64,000 bases of DNA from Bacteroidales bacterium (GCA_017619655.1 JAFZRV010000012.1:2988-66987); one strand, 5' to 3'. Positions 9,475 through 19,088 are shown, counted from the stretch's first letter. Translations and numbers: made by a program. Notes: a model not told the origin generated them from the letters alone.

Positions 9475-9500
9475 AATCAGGAACTATAAGTTCCTGATTT
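9468..9500 (-). terminator. Intrinsic terminator after tRNA-Arg/rplS
   Basis: 10-bp stem aatcaggaac/gttcctgatt with a 5-nt loop. On the minus strand it is followed by a run of T (plus-strand A run about 9470..9476). Confidence 0.75.
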
Positions 9501-9511
9501 TCAGTGCTTTG

Positions 9512-9585
9512 TGACTCCCACGGGATTCAAACCCATAACCTTCTGATCCGTAGTCAGATGCTCTATTCAGTTGAGCTAGGGAGCC
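9512..9585 (-). tRNA. tRNA-Arg (anticodon ACG)
   Basis: The reverse complement folds by hand as a cloverleaf: acceptor GGCTCCC/GGGAGTC, D arm GCTC..GAGC, anticodon stem TCTGA/TCAGA with loop CTACGGA, and T arm ATGGG TTTGAAT CCCGT (one A-T end pair, T-loop-like TTTGAAT). No encoded CCA. Confidence 0.9.
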
Positions 9586-9599
9586 AGGGTGAGTGCTGC

Positions 9600-9974
9600 T
9601 TACTCAGCCGTGGGGGCGAGGGTAGCTCTCTTTTTCTCCTTGATCCGGGCTTTCTTACCGGTCAAGCCTCTGAGGTAGAAGATACGTGCGCGACGCACCT
9701 TGCCAACCTTGTTGAGTTCGATCGAGTCGATGAAGGGGGAGTCGAACGGGAAAATACGTTCCACGCCGATACCACTCGACATCTTGCGTACCGTGAAGGT
9801 CTTGGAAATACCGGCGCCGCGTTTCTGGAGCACGATGCCGCGGAATTTCTGAAGACGCTCCTTGTTTTCCTCTTTGATCTTGTAGGTAACGGTGATGGTG
9901 TCACCGGCCTTGAACTCGGGGAAATTCTTTTTCTCTTGTGCCATTGCCTCGCAGGCAACTTTCATCAAATCCAT
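9600..9974 (-). CDS. rplS: 50S ribosomal protein L19
   Basis: 124 aa. FKAGDTITVTYKIKEENKERLQKFRGIVLQKRG and VERIFPFDSPFIDSIE match the L19 family. Confidence 0.95.
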   Translation of the reverse strand: MDLMKVACEAMAQEKKNFPEFKAGDTITVTYKIKEENKERLQKFRGIVLQKRGAGISKTFTVRKMSSGIGVERIFPFDSPFIDSIELNKVGKVRRARIFYLRGLTGKKARIKEKKRATLAPTAE

Positions 9975-10115
9975 TTTCTTAACTTTTTAATTGCCGAAAA
10001 ATCTTCAGTGCAACGTTGCTGGATTGTTTCTGATCTCTTTCGCAAGAGGTTGCTTCATTTTCGGGACTGCAAAAGTACAAATTATTTTGGTACGTGCAAC
10101 TTTTTTTGCAAAAAA

Positions 10116-10796
10116 TTATTCGAAGCGGATCTCGCCGAAGCATTCCGGCACGTGGAAATTGGGCGAAGGGGTGGTGACAGGGTTCCAGCTGAGGAAGTGG
10201 GGGATAGCCGTGTCGTCGCCGCATTTGTAGAAATTGGCGCGGACGGTGCGGCCGCTGAAACTGGTAAGGTTGAGGTCGGCCTGGGCGTAAAGGCGCTTGG
10301 GGATGGCGAGGGTCAGGGTCCATTCCTGCTCGCCCTCGCGGGTGCCGAAGGCCTGGCTGCCGAGCGTCGAGTGGCGGCGGATCTGGCTGACGATGTCGTC
10401 GCCGCAGCGGTGCCGTTCCTGGCGCGTGGGCCCGTAGTGGAAGGTGCCGTGCCCGATGCAGTTCATCTCCAGGTTGAAGTAGCTGGGATCGCGGTCCGAA
10501 GGAATCATGAAGAATTCTACGCAGTCGTCCCGGTAGGGCGAGGAACCTGCATCATAATCGTACGTGGCGCGCGCGCCCTGCTCGCGCACGTGAAACTGGA
10601 GGTAAATCTCCGTCTCGGAGTGCATGATGCGGAATTCTGCCAGGGGGTGATAGGGGAAGGCGGGCCAGTTGACCTGGTCGATCGCGTGCTACGCGATGCC
10701 GGCCTCGTCGAATTTCGCCTGGACGGCTTCGATGGAGGGCTCCGGGGTGCCGAAGGCGACTTTGGCTACAAGAATCATCATAATTGTGAGTTTCAT
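10116..10796 (-). pseudogene. Carbohydrate-binding family 9-like protein interrupted by an in-frame TAG
   Basis: The reading frame from ATG 10796 (MKLTIMMILVAKVAFGTPEPSIEAVQAKFDEAGIA) hits TAG at 10689..10691. It then continues in the same frame (HAIDQVNWPAFPYHPLAEFRIMHSETEIY...) to the stop at 10116. The C-terminus FHVPECFGEIRFE is typical of the family. Confidence 0.7.
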
Positions 10797-10829
10797 TGTA
10801 CAAAGTTAGGAATTTCGGGAGATTTTATA

Positions 10830-10837
10830 TACATTTG
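10830..10837 (+). promoter_or_regulatory. Bacteroidota -7 promoter box (TACATTTG) upstream of ppdK
   Basis: Matches the TAnnTTTG consensus, about 45 nt upstream of the ppdK ATG. Confidence 0.45.
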
Positions 10838-10881
10838 TAAGATGAAATGAATATTTAATCAATCAAAAACAATACGTTTAT

Positions 10882-13596
10882 ATGAAAAGAGTTTATCGAT
10901 TCGGAGGAAAGGAAGCGGAAGGCAATGGCCAGATGCGCAATCTCCTCGGAGGCAAAGGTGCCAATCTCGCTGAAATGTGTACGCTGGGTATTCCCGTCCC
11001 GGCCGGCTTCACCATTACGACGGAGTGCTGCACGGAATACTATGCACTCGGCGGTGGCTATACCCCTGAACTGAAACGTGATGTGGCCGAGGCCCTGAAG
11101 GCGACGGAAGCCATCATGGGCAAGAAATTCGGCGATCCGAAGAACCCGCTGCTCGTCAGCTGCCGTTCCGGCGCCCGCAGCTCCATGCCCGGTATGATGG
11201 ATACCATCCTGAACATCGGTCTGTGCTCCGCCACGATCCCCGGCATGATCGAAAAGACCCAGAACCCGCGCTTCGTGTATGACGCTTACCGCCGCCTCAT
11301 CATGATGTATTCCGACGTCGTGATGGAGAAAGCTGAAGGTATCGAGCCGGAAGACGGCAAGGCCATCCGCCAGCAGCTCGACAAGATGATGGAAGACCTC
11401 AAGGAAGCCAAGGGCTACAAGTCCGACACCGAAATCACCGCAGAGGAACTCAAGGACCTGGCCGAGCGCTTCAAAGTCCGCATCAAGGAAGTCCTCGGCG
11501 TCGAATTCCCCGACACCGCGGAAGCCCAGCTCTGGGGCTCCATCGGCGGCGTGTTCAAATCCTGGAACGGCAAGCGCGCCATCAAGTATCGCCAGATCGA
11601 AGGCATTCCCGACGACTGGGGCACGGCCGTGAACGTCCAGTCCATGGTCTTCGGCAACATGGGTGAGACCTCCGCTACCGGCGTGGCCTTCTCGCGCAAC
11701 CCGGCCAACGGTGACAATAAATTCTACGGCGAGTGGCTCATCAACGCCCAGGGCGAGGATGTCGTGGCCGGTATCCGCACCCCGAACCCGCTCAACAACG
11801 CGACCAAGAGCCCGCAGAACGCGCACCTGAAGTCCCTCGAGGACGCCATGCCGTCCGTGTACAAGGAACTCGACGACATCCGCATGCTGCTGGAGAAACA
11901 CTTCAACGACATGCAGGACATCGAATTCACGATCCAGGAAGGCAAGCTCTGGATGCTGCAGTGCCGTATCGGCAAGCGCACCGGCCTCGCCGCCCTGAAC
12001 ATGGCCATGGATATGCTCGAAGAAGGCATGATCGACGAGAAGACCGCCGTCACCCGCGTGTCGCCGGCCCAGCTCGACGAGATCCTGCACCCGATCCTCG
12101 ACCCGGCTTCCGAGAAGAAAGCCACGGTCGTGGCCCACGGCCTCCCGGCTTCCCCGGGCGGTGCCGTCGGTACCATCGTCTTCTCCAACGCCGACGCCGT
12201 GAAGGCCGCCGCCGAGAAGCGCAAGGTGATCCTGGTCCGTGAAGAGACCTCTCCGGAAGATGTGGAAGGCATGCGTGCCGCCGTGGGTATCCTCACGCAG
12301 AAAGGCGGTATGACCTCGCACGCCGCCCTCGTGGCCCGCGGCTGGGGCAAATGCTGCATCGTGGGTTGCGAAGACATGAAGATCAACCTCGAGAAGAAGG
12401 AAGTCAGCTTCACCGGCTCCGACAAGGTCTACCACGAAGGTGAGTACTTCTCGCTCAACGGTGCCAAGGGTGCCGTTTACGCCGAGAAGATCGAGACCAT
12501 GGATGCCTCCGACAACCCGCGTTTCGTGAAGTTCATGGCCATCGCCGACAAGTTCCGCAAACTGGGTGTCCGCACCAACGCCGACAACCCGGAGGACACC
12601 GAGCGCGCCCTGAGCTTCGGTGCGGAAGGCATCGGCCTGTTCCGTATCGAGCACATGTTCTACGGCAAGAACTCCGAGACCCCGCTGGGCAAGCTCCGCA
12701 AGATGATCCTCTCCAAGACCGACGAGGAACGCGTCGCCGCCCTGAAGGAACTCGAACCGTATATCAAGGCCTCTGTCAAGGGCACGATGAAAGTCATGGA
12801 CGGCAAGCCTGTGACCTTCCGTCTCCTCGACCCGCCGTTGCATGAATTCGTGCCGCAGACCGAAGACAAGAAGGCCGAGCTGGCAGAAGAACTCCACATC
12901 TCGACCCTCGACATCGAGAAACGCGGTGAGAGCCTCCACGAGGTCAACCCGATGATGGGTCACCGCGGCGTCCGTCTCCACATCACCTATCCGATGATTT
13001 CCGAGACCCAGTTCCGCGCCATCTTCACCGCCGCCATCGAGTTGAAGAAGGAAGGCTATCACCCGATGCCCGAGATCATGATCCCGGTCACGATCTCCGA
13101 GCGCGAGCTCCGCTTCCAGAAAGCCATCTGCGAGAAGATCAAAGCCGAGGTCGAAGCCCGTCTCAACGAGACGATCGACTATAAGTTCGGTACGATGATC
13201 GAGATCCCGCGCGCTGCCCTGACGGCCGACCGCATGGCCCGCACCGCCGAGTTCTTCTCCTTCGGTACCAACGACTTGACGCAGATGACCTTCGGTTTCA
13301 GCCGCGACGACGTGAGCACCTTCATGGGCGACTACCTGGGCAACAAGATCCTCGACGCCGACCCGTTCAAGACGCTCGACACCAAGGCCGTTGGCAAACT
13401 CGTCGACTATGCCGTGAAGGCTGGCCGCGGCACCCGCGAGAACCTCAAGTGCGGTATCTGCGGTGAGCACGGCGGTGATCCGGCTTCCGTGAAGTTCTGC
13501 CACAAGATCGGCCTGAACTACGTGTCCTGCTCGCCGTTCCGCGTCCCGATCGCACGCCTTGCCGCCGCACAGGCTGCCATCGAAGACGAGAAATAA
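10882..13596 (+). CDS. ppdK: Pyruvate, phosphate dikinase
   Basis: 904 aa with an ATP-grasp N-terminus (GGKGANLAEM), the phospho-histidine region GGMTSHAALVARGWGK, and a PEP-utilising C-terminal TIM barrel (FFSFGTNDLTQ). Confidence 0.95.
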   Translation: MKRVYRFGGKEAEGNGQMRNLLGGKGANLAEMCTLGIPVPAGFTITTECCTEYYALGGGYTPELKRDVAEALKATEAIMGKKFGDPKNPLLVSCRSGARSSMPGMMDTILNIGLCSATIPGMIEKTQNPRFVYDAYRRLIMMYSDVVMEKAEGIEPEDGKAIRQQLDKMMEDLKEAKGYKSDTEITAEELKDLAERFKVRIKEVLGVEFPDTAEAQLWGSIGGVFKSWNGKRAIKYRQIEGIPDDWGTAVNVQSMVFGNMGETSATGVAFSRNPANGDNKFYGEWLINAQGEDVVAGIRTPNPLNNATKSPQNAHLKSLEDAMPSVYKELDDIRMLLEKHFNDMQDIEFTIQEGKLWMLQCRIGKRTGLAALNMAMDMLEEGMIDEKTAVTRVSPAQLDEILHPILDPASEKKATVVAHGLPASPGGAVGTIVFSNADAVKAAAEKRKVILVREETSPEDVEGMRAAVGILTQKGGMTSHAALVARGWGKCCIVGCEDMKINLEKKEVSFTGSDKVYHEGEYFSLNGAKGAVYAEKIETMDASDNPRFVKFMAIADKFRKLGVRTNADNPEDTERALSFGAEGIGLFRIEHMFYGKNSETPLGKLRKMILSKTDEERVAALKELEPYIKASVKGTMKVMDGKPVTFRLLDPPLHEFVPQTEDKKAELAEELHISTLDIEKRGESLHEVNPMMGHRGVRLHITYPMISETQFRAIFTAAIELKKEGYHPMPEIMIPVTISERELRFQKAICEKIKAEVEARLNETIDYKFGTMIEIPRAALTADRMARTAEFFSFGTNDLTQMTFGFSRDDVSTFMGDYLGNKILDADPFKTLDTKAVGKLVDYAVKAGRGTRENLKCGICGEHGGDPASVKFCHKIGLNYVSCSPFRVPIARLAAAQAAIEDEK

Positions 13597-13610
13597 TCCT
13601 GTAATGAACG

Positions 13611-13644
13611 AAGCCCTTCCGTGCGAACGGGAGGGCTTTTTTTT
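13611..13644 (+). terminator. Intrinsic terminator after ppdK
   Basis: Stem aagcccttcc/gggagggctt (one wobble) followed by an 8-T run. Confidence 0.75.
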
Positions 13645-13649
13645 GTGAT

Positions 13650-14522
13650 ATGAATCTGATACAGCGAATCGTCGTCGCGCTCAAGGGTTTCCTGATGGGT
13701 GCGGCCAACGTGGTGCCGGGCGTTTCCGGCGGCACCATGGCCTTGATTACGGGCATCTACAAGGAGATCATCGACGCGTTGAACAGCCTCATGGAGAAGG
13801 AGACCTGGAAGGCGCTCTTCAAGGGCGATTTCAAGGGATTCTGGCAGCAGGTGCACGGCACGTTCCTGCTCTGGCTGGCCATCGGCGTGGTGCTGAGCGT
13901 CTTCACGCTGGCCAAGCTGATGACCTTCTGCCTGACGAACTATCCCGTGCAGACCTGGGCCTGCTTCTTCGGCCTGATTGTCGCCTCGGCCGTCCTGATG
14001 TTCCGGGATGTCAAGGGGTGGGGGATCGCCGAGATTCTCTTCACCCTGTGCGGCGTGGGGCTGGGCCTGCTGGTGTGCACGCTGTCGCCCACGCAGACCC
14101 CCGACACCTGGCCCTTCATCTTCCTGTGCGGCGCCATCGCCGTGTGCACGATGATCCTGCCGGGTATCTCGGGCAGCTTCATCCTGGTGATCATGGGCAA
14201 GTACGACTTCATCATGCAGGCCGTGGCCGACCTGGACTGGGGCGTGCTCGTCGTCTTTGCACTGGGCTGCGTGGTGGGCATCCTCGCGTTCTCCAAGTTC
14301 CTGCACTGGCTCCTGGCCCGCTTCGAGAAGCAGACCATGCTGGTGCTGCTGGGCTTCGTGCTGGGCTCGCTGGTGAAGGTCTGGCCCTGGGCCAACGACA
14401 GCGTGAAAGCGCTGCCGGACCCCCAGTACGGGGCGGCAGCGCTCTGGTGTGTTCTCGGTGTCGCGCTGGTGCTCGGCATCGACGCGCTCGCTACTCGTAG
14501 CGCAAAGCGTCAATCGGATTGA
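13650..14522 (+). CDS. DUF368-family polytopic membrane protein
   Basis: 290 aa and highly hydrophobic. It has a duplicated PGVSGGT / PGISGSF motif characteristic of DUF368, a family recently linked to undecaprenyl-phosphate recycling. Confidence 0.8.
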   Translation: MNLIQRIVVALKGFLMGAANVVPGVSGGTMALITGIYKEIIDALNSLMEKETWKALFKGDFKGFWQQVHGTFLLWLAIGVVLSVFTLAKLMTFCLTNYPVQTWACFFGLIVASAVLMFRDVKGWGIAEILFTLCGVGLGLLVCTLSPTQTPDTWPFIFLCGAIAVCTMILPGISGSFILVIMGKYDFIMQAVADLDWGVLVVFALGCVVGILAFSKFLHWLLARFEKQTMLVLLGFVLGSLVKVWPWANDSVKALPDPQYGAAALWCVLGVALVLGIDALATRSAKRQSD

Positions 14523-15705
14523 GGTTGGCGGCCTTCCGGGCCGGATACCATCCGAAGAAAATGCCCGTGAAGACGCAGACCAGGAACGACAGCACGATCG
14601 AGAAGCTCGACACGGCGGTGGCCATGCCGAAGAGCGAGATGATCTTCGCGGCGACGACGCCCAGCAGGACGCCGATCACGCCGCCCGCCACGCTGATGAT
14701 GATCGACTCGATGAGGAACTGCAGCAGGATCTGACGCCCCTTGGCGCCGATCGACATGCGCAGGCCGATCTCGCGCGTACGTTCCGTCACCGACACGTAC
14801 ATGATGTTCATGATGCCGATGCCGCCCACGACCAGCGAAATGCCGGCCACGGCGGCCAGCAGCACCGTCAGCATGTCCATGATCGAGCTCATGGTCTCCA
14901 TCATCTCCTGCTGGGAACGCACGTTGAAGTCGTTCTCCTGGCCGATCTTGATGTCATGGTTGGTCTGGATGATGCGGGTGATCTCGTCGATGGCCTGGTC
15001 GGTATATTCTTCAGACAGCGCCGAGCAGGTGATGCCCTGGATATAGTTGATGGCCAGGATGCGCTTCTGCACGGTGGTGTAGGGGGCGAGAAGCAGGTCG
15101 TCCTGGTCCATGCCCATCGAGTTGTAGCCCTTGGCCTCCAGCACGCCCACGATCTTCATGGGAATCTGGTTGAAACGGATGGTCTGGCCGATGGGGTCCT
15201 GGCCGGGGAAGAGTTCGTCCACCACGGTCTGGCCCGCGACGCACACCTTGGCGGCATGCAGGATGTCGCTCTCGGTGAAGCACGAGCCGCTGGCGATCTT
15301 GTAACCCCGGATGTCGAGGTACTGGTCGTTCACGCCGTAGATGGTGGTCGGGGTGTTGTTGGAACCCTTGATGGCCTGGCCGCTGGCCTGGACCGTCGGG
15401 GTGATCTTGTCGACATAGCTGGCCTGCTTGACGATGGCTTCGTAGTCGGCGAGCTTGAGGGTCTGCATGCTGGAGCCGCTTTGCCGTACGCCGCCGAACT
15501 GGCCGTTGCCGGGGCTGACCATGATCATATTCGAGCCCATCTGGCCGATCTCGGCGCGGATGCTCTGCTTGGAGCCGTTGCCGATGGCCAGCATCGCGAT
15601 GACGGCCGCCACGCCGATGATGATGCCGAGCATCGTCAGGAAGCAGCGGGTCTTGTTGTTGAGCAAGGCCTTGATGCAAATCTTGAGTAAGTTGTTGATA
15701 TCCAT
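14491..15705 (-). CDS. ABC transporter permease, MacB/FtsX-like
   Basis: 404 aa: N-terminal TM, a large periplasmic MacB-like core domain, and a C-terminal FtsX 3-TM bundle. Confidence 0.85.
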   Translation of the reverse strand: MDINNLLKICIKALLNNKTRCFLTMLGIIIGVAAVIAMLAIGNGSKQSIRAEIGQMGSNMIMVSPGNGQFGGVRQSGSSMQTLKLADYEAIVKQASYVDKITPTVQASGQAIKGSNNTPTTIYGVNDQYLDIRGYKIASGSCFTESDILHAAKVCVAGQTVVDELFPGQDPIGQTIRFNQIPMKIVGVLEAKGYNSMGMDQDDLLLAPYTTVQKRILAINYIQGITCSALSEEYTDQAIDEITRIIQTNHDIKIGQENDFNVRSQQEMMETMSSIMDMLTVLLAAVAGISLVVGGIGIMNIMYVSVTERTREIGLRMSIGAKGRQILLQFLIESIIISVAGGVIGVLLGVVAAKIISLFGMATAVSSFSIVLSFLVCVFTGIFFGWYPARKAANLNPIDALRYE

Positions 15706-15707
15706 GG

Positions 15708-16448
15708 CTATTCCTCCTCTTTCGGCAGCGAGGCCAGTACCTCTTCGGCGGAAGCCATGTGCTCGTTGCGGGTATCACTGGTGATGCGGCCGTCGCGCAG
15801 GGTGATGGTGCGGCTGCTGAAGTTCGCGAGCTCCGGGTTGTGCGTCACGAAGATGATGGTGCGTCCGTCGCGGTGGAGCCGCTGGAAGAGCGCCAGCACT
15901 TCGTAGGAGGTGCGGGAGTCGAGGTTGCCGGTCGCCTCGTCGGCGAGGATGATGACCGGATTGTTGACCAGGGCGCGGGCGATGGCCACGCGCTGCATCT
16001 GGCCGCCGGAGAGCTGGTTGGAACGGTGGGTGAGGCGGTCGCCCAGTCCCACTTCCTGCAGGGCCGCGATGGCCCGCTGCCGGCGCTCGGCGTGTCCCAC
16101 CTCGCGGTTGTACATCAGCGGCAGCTCCACGTTCTCGATCGACGTGGTCTTGGGCAGCAGGTTGTAGTTCTGGAAGATGAAGCCGATCTTGCGGTTGCGC
16201 AGCGTCGCGCGGTCGTTCTTGCTCATTTCCCGCACGGAAATGCCGTCGAGGTAGTATTCGCCCGAGGTGGGCACGTCGAGGCAGCCCAGGATGTTGAGCA
16301 GGGTGCTCTTGCCCGAGCCGCTGGTGCCCATGATGGTGACGAACTCTCCCTCGCCGATGGTGAAGGACACGCCGCGCAGGGCGCGCACCACCTCGTCGCC
16401 GACGATGAACTCGCGTTTGATCTGTTCCAGACGGATGATTTCGTTCAT
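15708..16448 (-). CDS. ABC transporter ATP-binding protein (MacB/LolD type)
   Basis: Walker [10 protein letters not shown], signature LSGGQMQR, Walker B ILADE. Confidence 0.9.
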   Translation of the reverse strand: MNEIIRLEQIKREFIVGDEVVRALRGVSFTIGEGEFVTIMGTSGSGKSTLLNILGCLDVPTSGEYYLDGISVREMSKNDRATLRNRKIGFIFQNYNLLPKTTSIENVELPLMYNREVGHAERRQRAIAALQEVGLGDRLTHRSNQLSGGQMQRVAIARALVNNPVIILADEATGNLDSRTSYEVLALFQRLHRDGRTIIFVTHNPELANFSSRTITLRDGRITSDTRNEHMASAEEVLASLPKEEE

Positions 16449-16458
16449 GGCTGCGGGT

Positions 16459-17637
16459 TTATTCCGTTCTGCGGTTGTCGCGCTGCTGCGGAGGACGGGG
16501 CATGAAGGGGTTGTTGCTGCCGCCGCCCTGCGGAAGTTCGCCCTTCTCGGGGAAGCTGCCGGAGAGGCGGGTGCCGGTGACCACCTTGTCGCCGAACTGC
16601 AGGCCTTCCAGGATCTCGACCTGGACGCCGTCGTTCACGCCGGTCTTGACCGTGGCGGCCTCGAGCTTGCCGTCGGGCAGCTGCTTCCACACGGTGTTCT
16701 CGCGGTATTTCTCGCCTTCGGGCGTGAAGCGGAGCGCGCGGACGGGCACGGCCATCACGTCATGCTTGTCGAGCGTATAGATGGTGATGTTGGCGGTCAG
16801 GCCGGGCATCAGTTTCTGGTCGGGGTTGGGCGCGTCGATCACCACCTGATAGGTCACGACGTTCGAGGTGGTGGTGGCCTGCAGGCGCACCTGGGTCACG
16901 CTGCCCTGGAACGTATCTTCCGGGAAGGCGTCCACTTCGAATTCCACGCGCTGGCCTTCCTTTACCTCTCCGATGTCCGCCTCGTCCACGTTCGCGATCA
17001 CGCGCATGGCGGTCAGGTCGTTGGCGATGGTGAAGAGGGTCGGGGTGCTGAAGCCCGAAGCCACGGTCTGTCCTTCGTCCACGGCCCGCGAGAGCACCAC
17101 GCCGTCGATGGGCGAGTAGATCTTCGCATAGCCGATATTCTTCTGTGACTTGGTGTAGTTGGACTGGGCCTGGGAATACGAGAACTTGGCCTTGTCGTAG
17201 CTGTACTGGGCCTGCTCGAATTCCGTGGCGCTCACCAGCTCCTTGTCGTAGAGGCCCTTGATGCGCTGGTAGTTGCGCTCCTGGTAGTCGTATTCCACTT
17301 TCGCGGCGTTGAGGTTGGCGCGCGACGATTCGAGTTCGGTCTGCAGCACGCTCATGTCGAGCTCGGCGATCAGCTGCCCTTCCTTCACGACGGAGTTGTA
17401 GTCCACATAGATCTTGGAGATGATGCCGGAGACCTGGGTGCCGACTTCCACCTGCTTGACGGGTTCGACGGTGCCGGTGGCGGTGACGCTGCTGGAAATG
17501 GTGGTGGGCGCGAGGGTGGTGACCTGGTAGACCAGCGTCTGCTTGTCGTCCTTCCTGCGGGAGAGGAGCAGCAGCACGACGGCTATGGCCAATACGGCCA
17601 CGACGGCCCAGAGGATGATTTTACCTGACTTTTTCAT
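16459..17637 (-). CDS. Efflux periplasmic adaptor subunit (HlyD/MacA family)
   Basis: 392 aa with an N-terminal TM anchor, coiled-coil hairpin and barrel domains. It sits in an operon with the ABC pump and the TolC-like gene. Confidence 0.85.
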   Translation of the reverse strand: MKKSGKIILWAVVAVLAIAVVLLLLSRRKDDKQTLVYQVTTLAPTTISSSVTATGTVEPVKQVEVGTQVSGIISKIYVDYNSVVKEGQLIAELDMSVLQTELESSRANLNAAKVEYDYQERNYQRIKGLYDKELVSATEFEQAQYSYDKAKFSYSQAQSNYTKSQKNIGYAKIYSPIDGVVLSRAVDEGQTVASGFSTPTLFTIANDLTAMRVIANVDEADIGEVKEGQRVEFEVDAFPEDTFQGSVTQVRLQATTTSNVVTYQVVIDAPNPDQKLMPGLTANITIYTLDKHDVMAVPVRALRFTPEGEKYRENTVWKQLPDGKLEAATVKTGVNDGVQVEILEGLQFGDKVVTGTRLSGSFPEKGELPQGGGSNNPFMPRPPQQRDNRRTE

Positions 17638-17650
17638 ATGTTATATAATC

Positions 17651-18988
17651 TTATAAATCAATGGGTTGCTCCATGTAACGGCCAAGGACTTTGGCGGCGA
17701 GCACAGCCTGGTATTTGGCCTGCAGCAGCTGCGAAAGCGCGCTGACGTAGTTGTTCTTCTCGGTGAGGAGTTCCACGGTGTTCTTGATGCCCGCCTCGAA
17801 CTGTTCGTTCACCAGGCCGTAACTTTCCTCGGCGGCCTTGAGCTGCTCCTGGGAGGAGAAATAGCGGTGCTGGGCGGAAACGGCGTCGTTGCGCAGCGAC
17901 TCGAGGGTGGAGAGCAGCTGCTTCTTGCTGCTTTCGTACTGGAGCTGCTGGGCGGCGTACTGGAGTTCGGCGCGCTTGACGCTGGTCTTGGTCTGCTTGC
18001 CGTTGAAGATGGGAAGGCTGAGGTTCAGGCCCACGCTCTCGCCGAGCTTGTTACCGAGCTGGTCGAAGTAGGTGGTGCCGGTGGATGAGTTCCAGCCCGT
18101 GGAGATGCCGGCGTTCAGGCTGATGGAAGGGGCATAGGAGCCCTTGGCTACCTTCACGGCGAGTTCGGACGCGTCTACGCCGAGGGCGGCGCTCTTCATG
18201 GAGGGCAGCGTCGCGAGCGCTTCCGCGTAGATGTCGGCCAGTTCGGGCAGCGGTGTGGCCACGAGTTCGTCGCTGATCTCGGGGAAGGCCGGTTCAAAGC
18301 TTTCGTCGAGGCCCAGTTCCAGCAGCTGCTTGAGTTTCAGGCGGTCGTTTTCCAGCGTGTTTTCCGCCGTCACGATCTGGTAGAGGTCGGTGGCGTGCTG
18401 GGATTTCAGCTGGGACAGTTCCACCTTGGAGATGGAGCCGGCGTTGAACAGTTCTTCGCCGCGCGATACCTGCCTGGCCGACAGGTCTGCCGTCTGCTGC
18501 TTGAGGTCGAGCGACTCCTTGTCGTAGAGCAGCTGGATGTAGGCCTGGGCGATGCTGATCTCCAGGTCGATGCGCTGCTGCTCGACGTCGTAGCCCGCGG
18601 CTTCAGTCTGGAGGGTCTGCTGCTTCACGGTATTGCGCAGCTTGCCGCCCTGGTAGAGCGTCATGCCGGAATTGAGGCCGAAGTTGTTCGAGGCCGTGAT
18701 GCCGCTGGACTTTTCCATGTAGTCGTTGTAGGTGGCGACGTTCTGGAAGTTGGCGCCGAAGCTGCCCGAGAAACTGAGGGTGGGGTAGCGCGCGGCCTTG
18801 GCCTGTTCGAGCGAGGCCTCGCTGGTGGCGCGGGTGATCTCCTGCGTCTGGATCTGGATATTGTGCTGCATGGCGTAGTCGATGCAGTCCCGCAGCGTCC
18901 AGGCGTGATGCTCCTGGGCATGGACGGGAAGAACGCTGAAAAGGATCGAAGCGAGCAGGACGAGGCCCGCGGTAGTCTGCTTGTGCAT
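17651..18988 (-). CDS. TolC-family outer-membrane efflux protein
   Basis: 445 aa with a signal peptide and two repeated OEP helical/beta units. It is first in the efflux operon. Confidence 0.85.
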   Translation of the reverse strand: MHKQTTAGLVLLASILFSVLPVHAQEHHAWTLRDCIDYAMQHNIQIQTQEITRATSEASLEQAKAARYPTLSFSGSFGANFQNVATYNDYMEKSSGITASNNFGLNSGMTLYQGGKLRNTVKQQTLQTEAAGYDVEQQRIDLEISIAQAYIQLLYDKESLDLKQQTADLSARQVSRGEELFNAGSISKVELSQLKSQHATDLYQIVTAENTLENDRLKLKQLLELGLDESFEPAFPEISDELVATPLPELADIYAEALATLPSMKSAALGVDASELAVKVAKGSYAPSISLNAGISTGWNSSTGTTYFDQLGNKLGESVGLNLSLPIFNGKQTKTSVKRAELQYAAQQLQYESSKKQLLSTLESLRNDAVSAQHRYFSSQEQLKAAEESYGLVNEQFEAGIKNTVELLTEKNNYVSALSQLLQAKYQAVLAAKVLGRYMEQPIDL

Positions 18989-19088
18989 GTTTTGAGAATT
19001 AACAGTAATTAGATAGAAAAAATCGGTACTGGTTTAACGACGCGTGCAGATATTTCGTATATTTGACCATATATTCAATCGCTCAACC

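Noticed and set aside
9504-10850. 448-aa plus-strand ORF starting at a GTG
   Set aside because: It overlaps tRNA-Arg, rplS and the CBM9-like gene on the opposite strand. It cannot be real alongside those features.
10855-13503. 882-aa ORF on the minus strand opposite ppdK
   Set aside because: It lies entirely antisense to a gene with unmistakable PPDK motifs. Its translation is low-complexity (rich in G, A, D, H, R, V), as expected from the stop-poor antisense frame of high-GC coding DNA.
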